Positions 32,568 to 33,560 of a stretch of DNA of 33,560 nucleotides are shown piece after piece. Source of the DNA: a virus; IMG/VR virus record IMGVR_UViG_3300045988_020463, positions 1-33,560 of that record; one strand, given 5' to 3'. The notes below the pieces were generated by a model. It searched no databases and was not told the origin of the DNA. It worked only from the letters and a program-made list of their open reading frames with translations. Each line of letters opens with the position of its first letter. Within the stretch, counting starts at the first letter, position 1. The position numbers and the translations under genes were made by a program.

Positions 32568-33548
32568 ATGAAATTTAGAAAACTTAGAATTATTCAAGCC
32601 GGGGTTACTACCAATTTTGGGACATATGAAGGCAAGGAATTTCCGTTGGTTATTACGGAGACCGCGGTTCAAAGCGTTGTAACGCTCGGCAACCTAAAGC
32701 CTATCCATTGCAGGCGTACCCATAACGGGGCGGATATGTTGGACGGGTATTTAGGAAAATTCACTAACTTCATTTATGAGGATGGCGTAGCTTATGCCGA
32801 TTTGGAATTATCCGAAGCCTTACAAGCCGCCTACCCATCGGAGGCAAAATTCATCTCCGAGATGATAAAGAACGAGCCCGATATGTTGGGCGTTTCGGTG
32901 GTGGGCATCAACAATCAGACATTAAACGGTGATGTGCTGGACGTTACCGAATTTTTTGAATTATATTCATGCGATTTGGTAGGACTTCCAGCAGCCACCA
33001 CAAGCTTATTTAATAATCAAAACGAAAAGAAGATGAACAAATTTTTTAGTTCTTTCGCAGAGCTATTTAAAAAGTCGAGCTTTGCAACAGAGACGGTTGA
33101 AACCGTAGACGGTGCAAGTATCACGATTGAAGCGGCTGGCGAAACAATGGCTATCGGCGACAAGGTTTTCGATAGCGAAGGCAATGCCCACCCGGACGGC
33201 AAAGTAGAAGTGCAGGTTGAGGACGGTGTATTGGTTATCACCATTGCAAACGGTGTTATCGAAAGCGTAGAAGCCAAGGTAGAAGAAGAGGAAAAGGAAG
33301 AAAAAGAAGAAAAAGAAGAGATTGAAACCCCGGCAACCGCTGATGTACCCAAAGAGTTTGCAAACCGTATGGCAGCTTTGGAAACTTCGGTTACCGAACT
33401 CACCGCAACAATAGAGGCTATGACGGCTCAATTTAACAGAGCGACACCGAAACCCGGCGTACCGCCCGTTAACATGCCGAAGAAGAAAGAAACAAAATTG
33501 TCTAAAGAGGCTGTATCAGAAGCAGCTAAAAGATTTTACAACAAGTAA
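32568..33548 (+). CDS. Prohead serine protease (HK97 gp4/S78-like) fused to a C-terminal scaffold-like domain
   Basis: CRRTHNGADMLDGYLG, GVSVVG and ELYSCDLVGLPAATTSLF parallel the S78 blocks (nHd..iG, GlSiGf, EvSlV..PA). The C-terminal half has the acidic tract EEEEKEEKEEKEE and a helical tail. Start moved from the track position 32511 to ATG 32568, behind the -7 box. Confidence 0.75.
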   Translation: MKFRKLRIIQAGVTTNFGTYEGKEFPLVITETAVQSVVTLGNLKPIHCRRTHNGADMLDGYLGKFTNFIYEDGVAYADLELSEALQAAYPSEAKFISEMIKNEPDMLGVSVVGINNQTLNGDVLDVTEFFELYSCDLVGLPAATTSLFNNQNEKKMNKFFSSFAELFKKSSFATETVETVDGASITIEAAGETMAIGDKVFDSEGNAHPDGKVEVQVEDGVLVITIANGVIESVEAKVEEEEKEEKEEKEEIETPATADVPKEFANRMAALETSVTELTATIEAMTAQFNRATPKPGVPPVNMPKKKETKLSKEAVSEAAKRFYNK

Positions 33549-33560
33549 CTAAAAAAAAAC
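33462..33560. repeat. Terminal overlap, copy 2 (identical to 1..99)
   Basis: See copy 1. Confidence 0.95.

Noticed and set aside
1-33560. Diversity-generating retroelement, retron or other RT-based system
   Set aside because: No ORF shows reverse-transcriptase motifs (no YxDD-containing candidate), and no template/variable repeat pair was seen.

Overview
The window is a complete, circularly closed genome of a tailed dsDNA phage. Bases 1..99 are identical to 33462..33560, giving a unit length of about 33,461 bp. Every credible gene is on the + strand; all minus-strand ORFs in the track lie inside + strand genes.

Two strong rho-independent terminators (6288..6319 and 23064..23106) split the circle into two nearly equal blocks.
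- Early/replication block (6.8-23.0 kb): a DUF2800-type PD-(D/E)XK/Cas4-like nuclease, a DUF2815-type SSB, a metallophosphoesterase, an HNH-AP2 homing endonuclease, a family A DNA polymerase, an AEP-primase/VirE-type helicase, a VRR-NUC nuclease, an SNF2 helicase, and about 20 small ORFs of unknown function, several of them secreted or lipoproteins.
- Late block (23.7 kb, wrapping through the origin of numbering, to 6.3 kb): TerS, TerL, tail and structural proteins, an 835-aa tape-measure-like protein, a prohead protease-scaffold fusion, the major capsid protein, three paralogous about 180-aa virion proteins, portal, holin, GH108 endolysin and a TM/coiled-coil lysis protein.

Promoter -7 boxes of the TAnnTTTG type, A-rich leaders without a Shine-Dalgarno sequence, and the signal peptides point to a Bacteroidota host; this is inference. 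No integrase, repressor, reverse transcriptase, tRNA or CRISPR array was seen.

The most unusual signals are noncoding:
1. An element of about 215 bp is present in two direct copies, one just downstream of each terminator and almost antipodal on the circle. It is built from CTGCACAG/CTGTGCAG octamers, a conserved hairpin whose loop has diverged, and an AT-rich palindrome.
2. A perfect 17-bp x 6 tandem array sits just upstream of terS.
3. A rigidly spaced early-promoter family, GTTAAC-N6-(A/T)(A/C)CAAC-N16-TAT(A/C)TTTG, occurs six times plus one partial copy.
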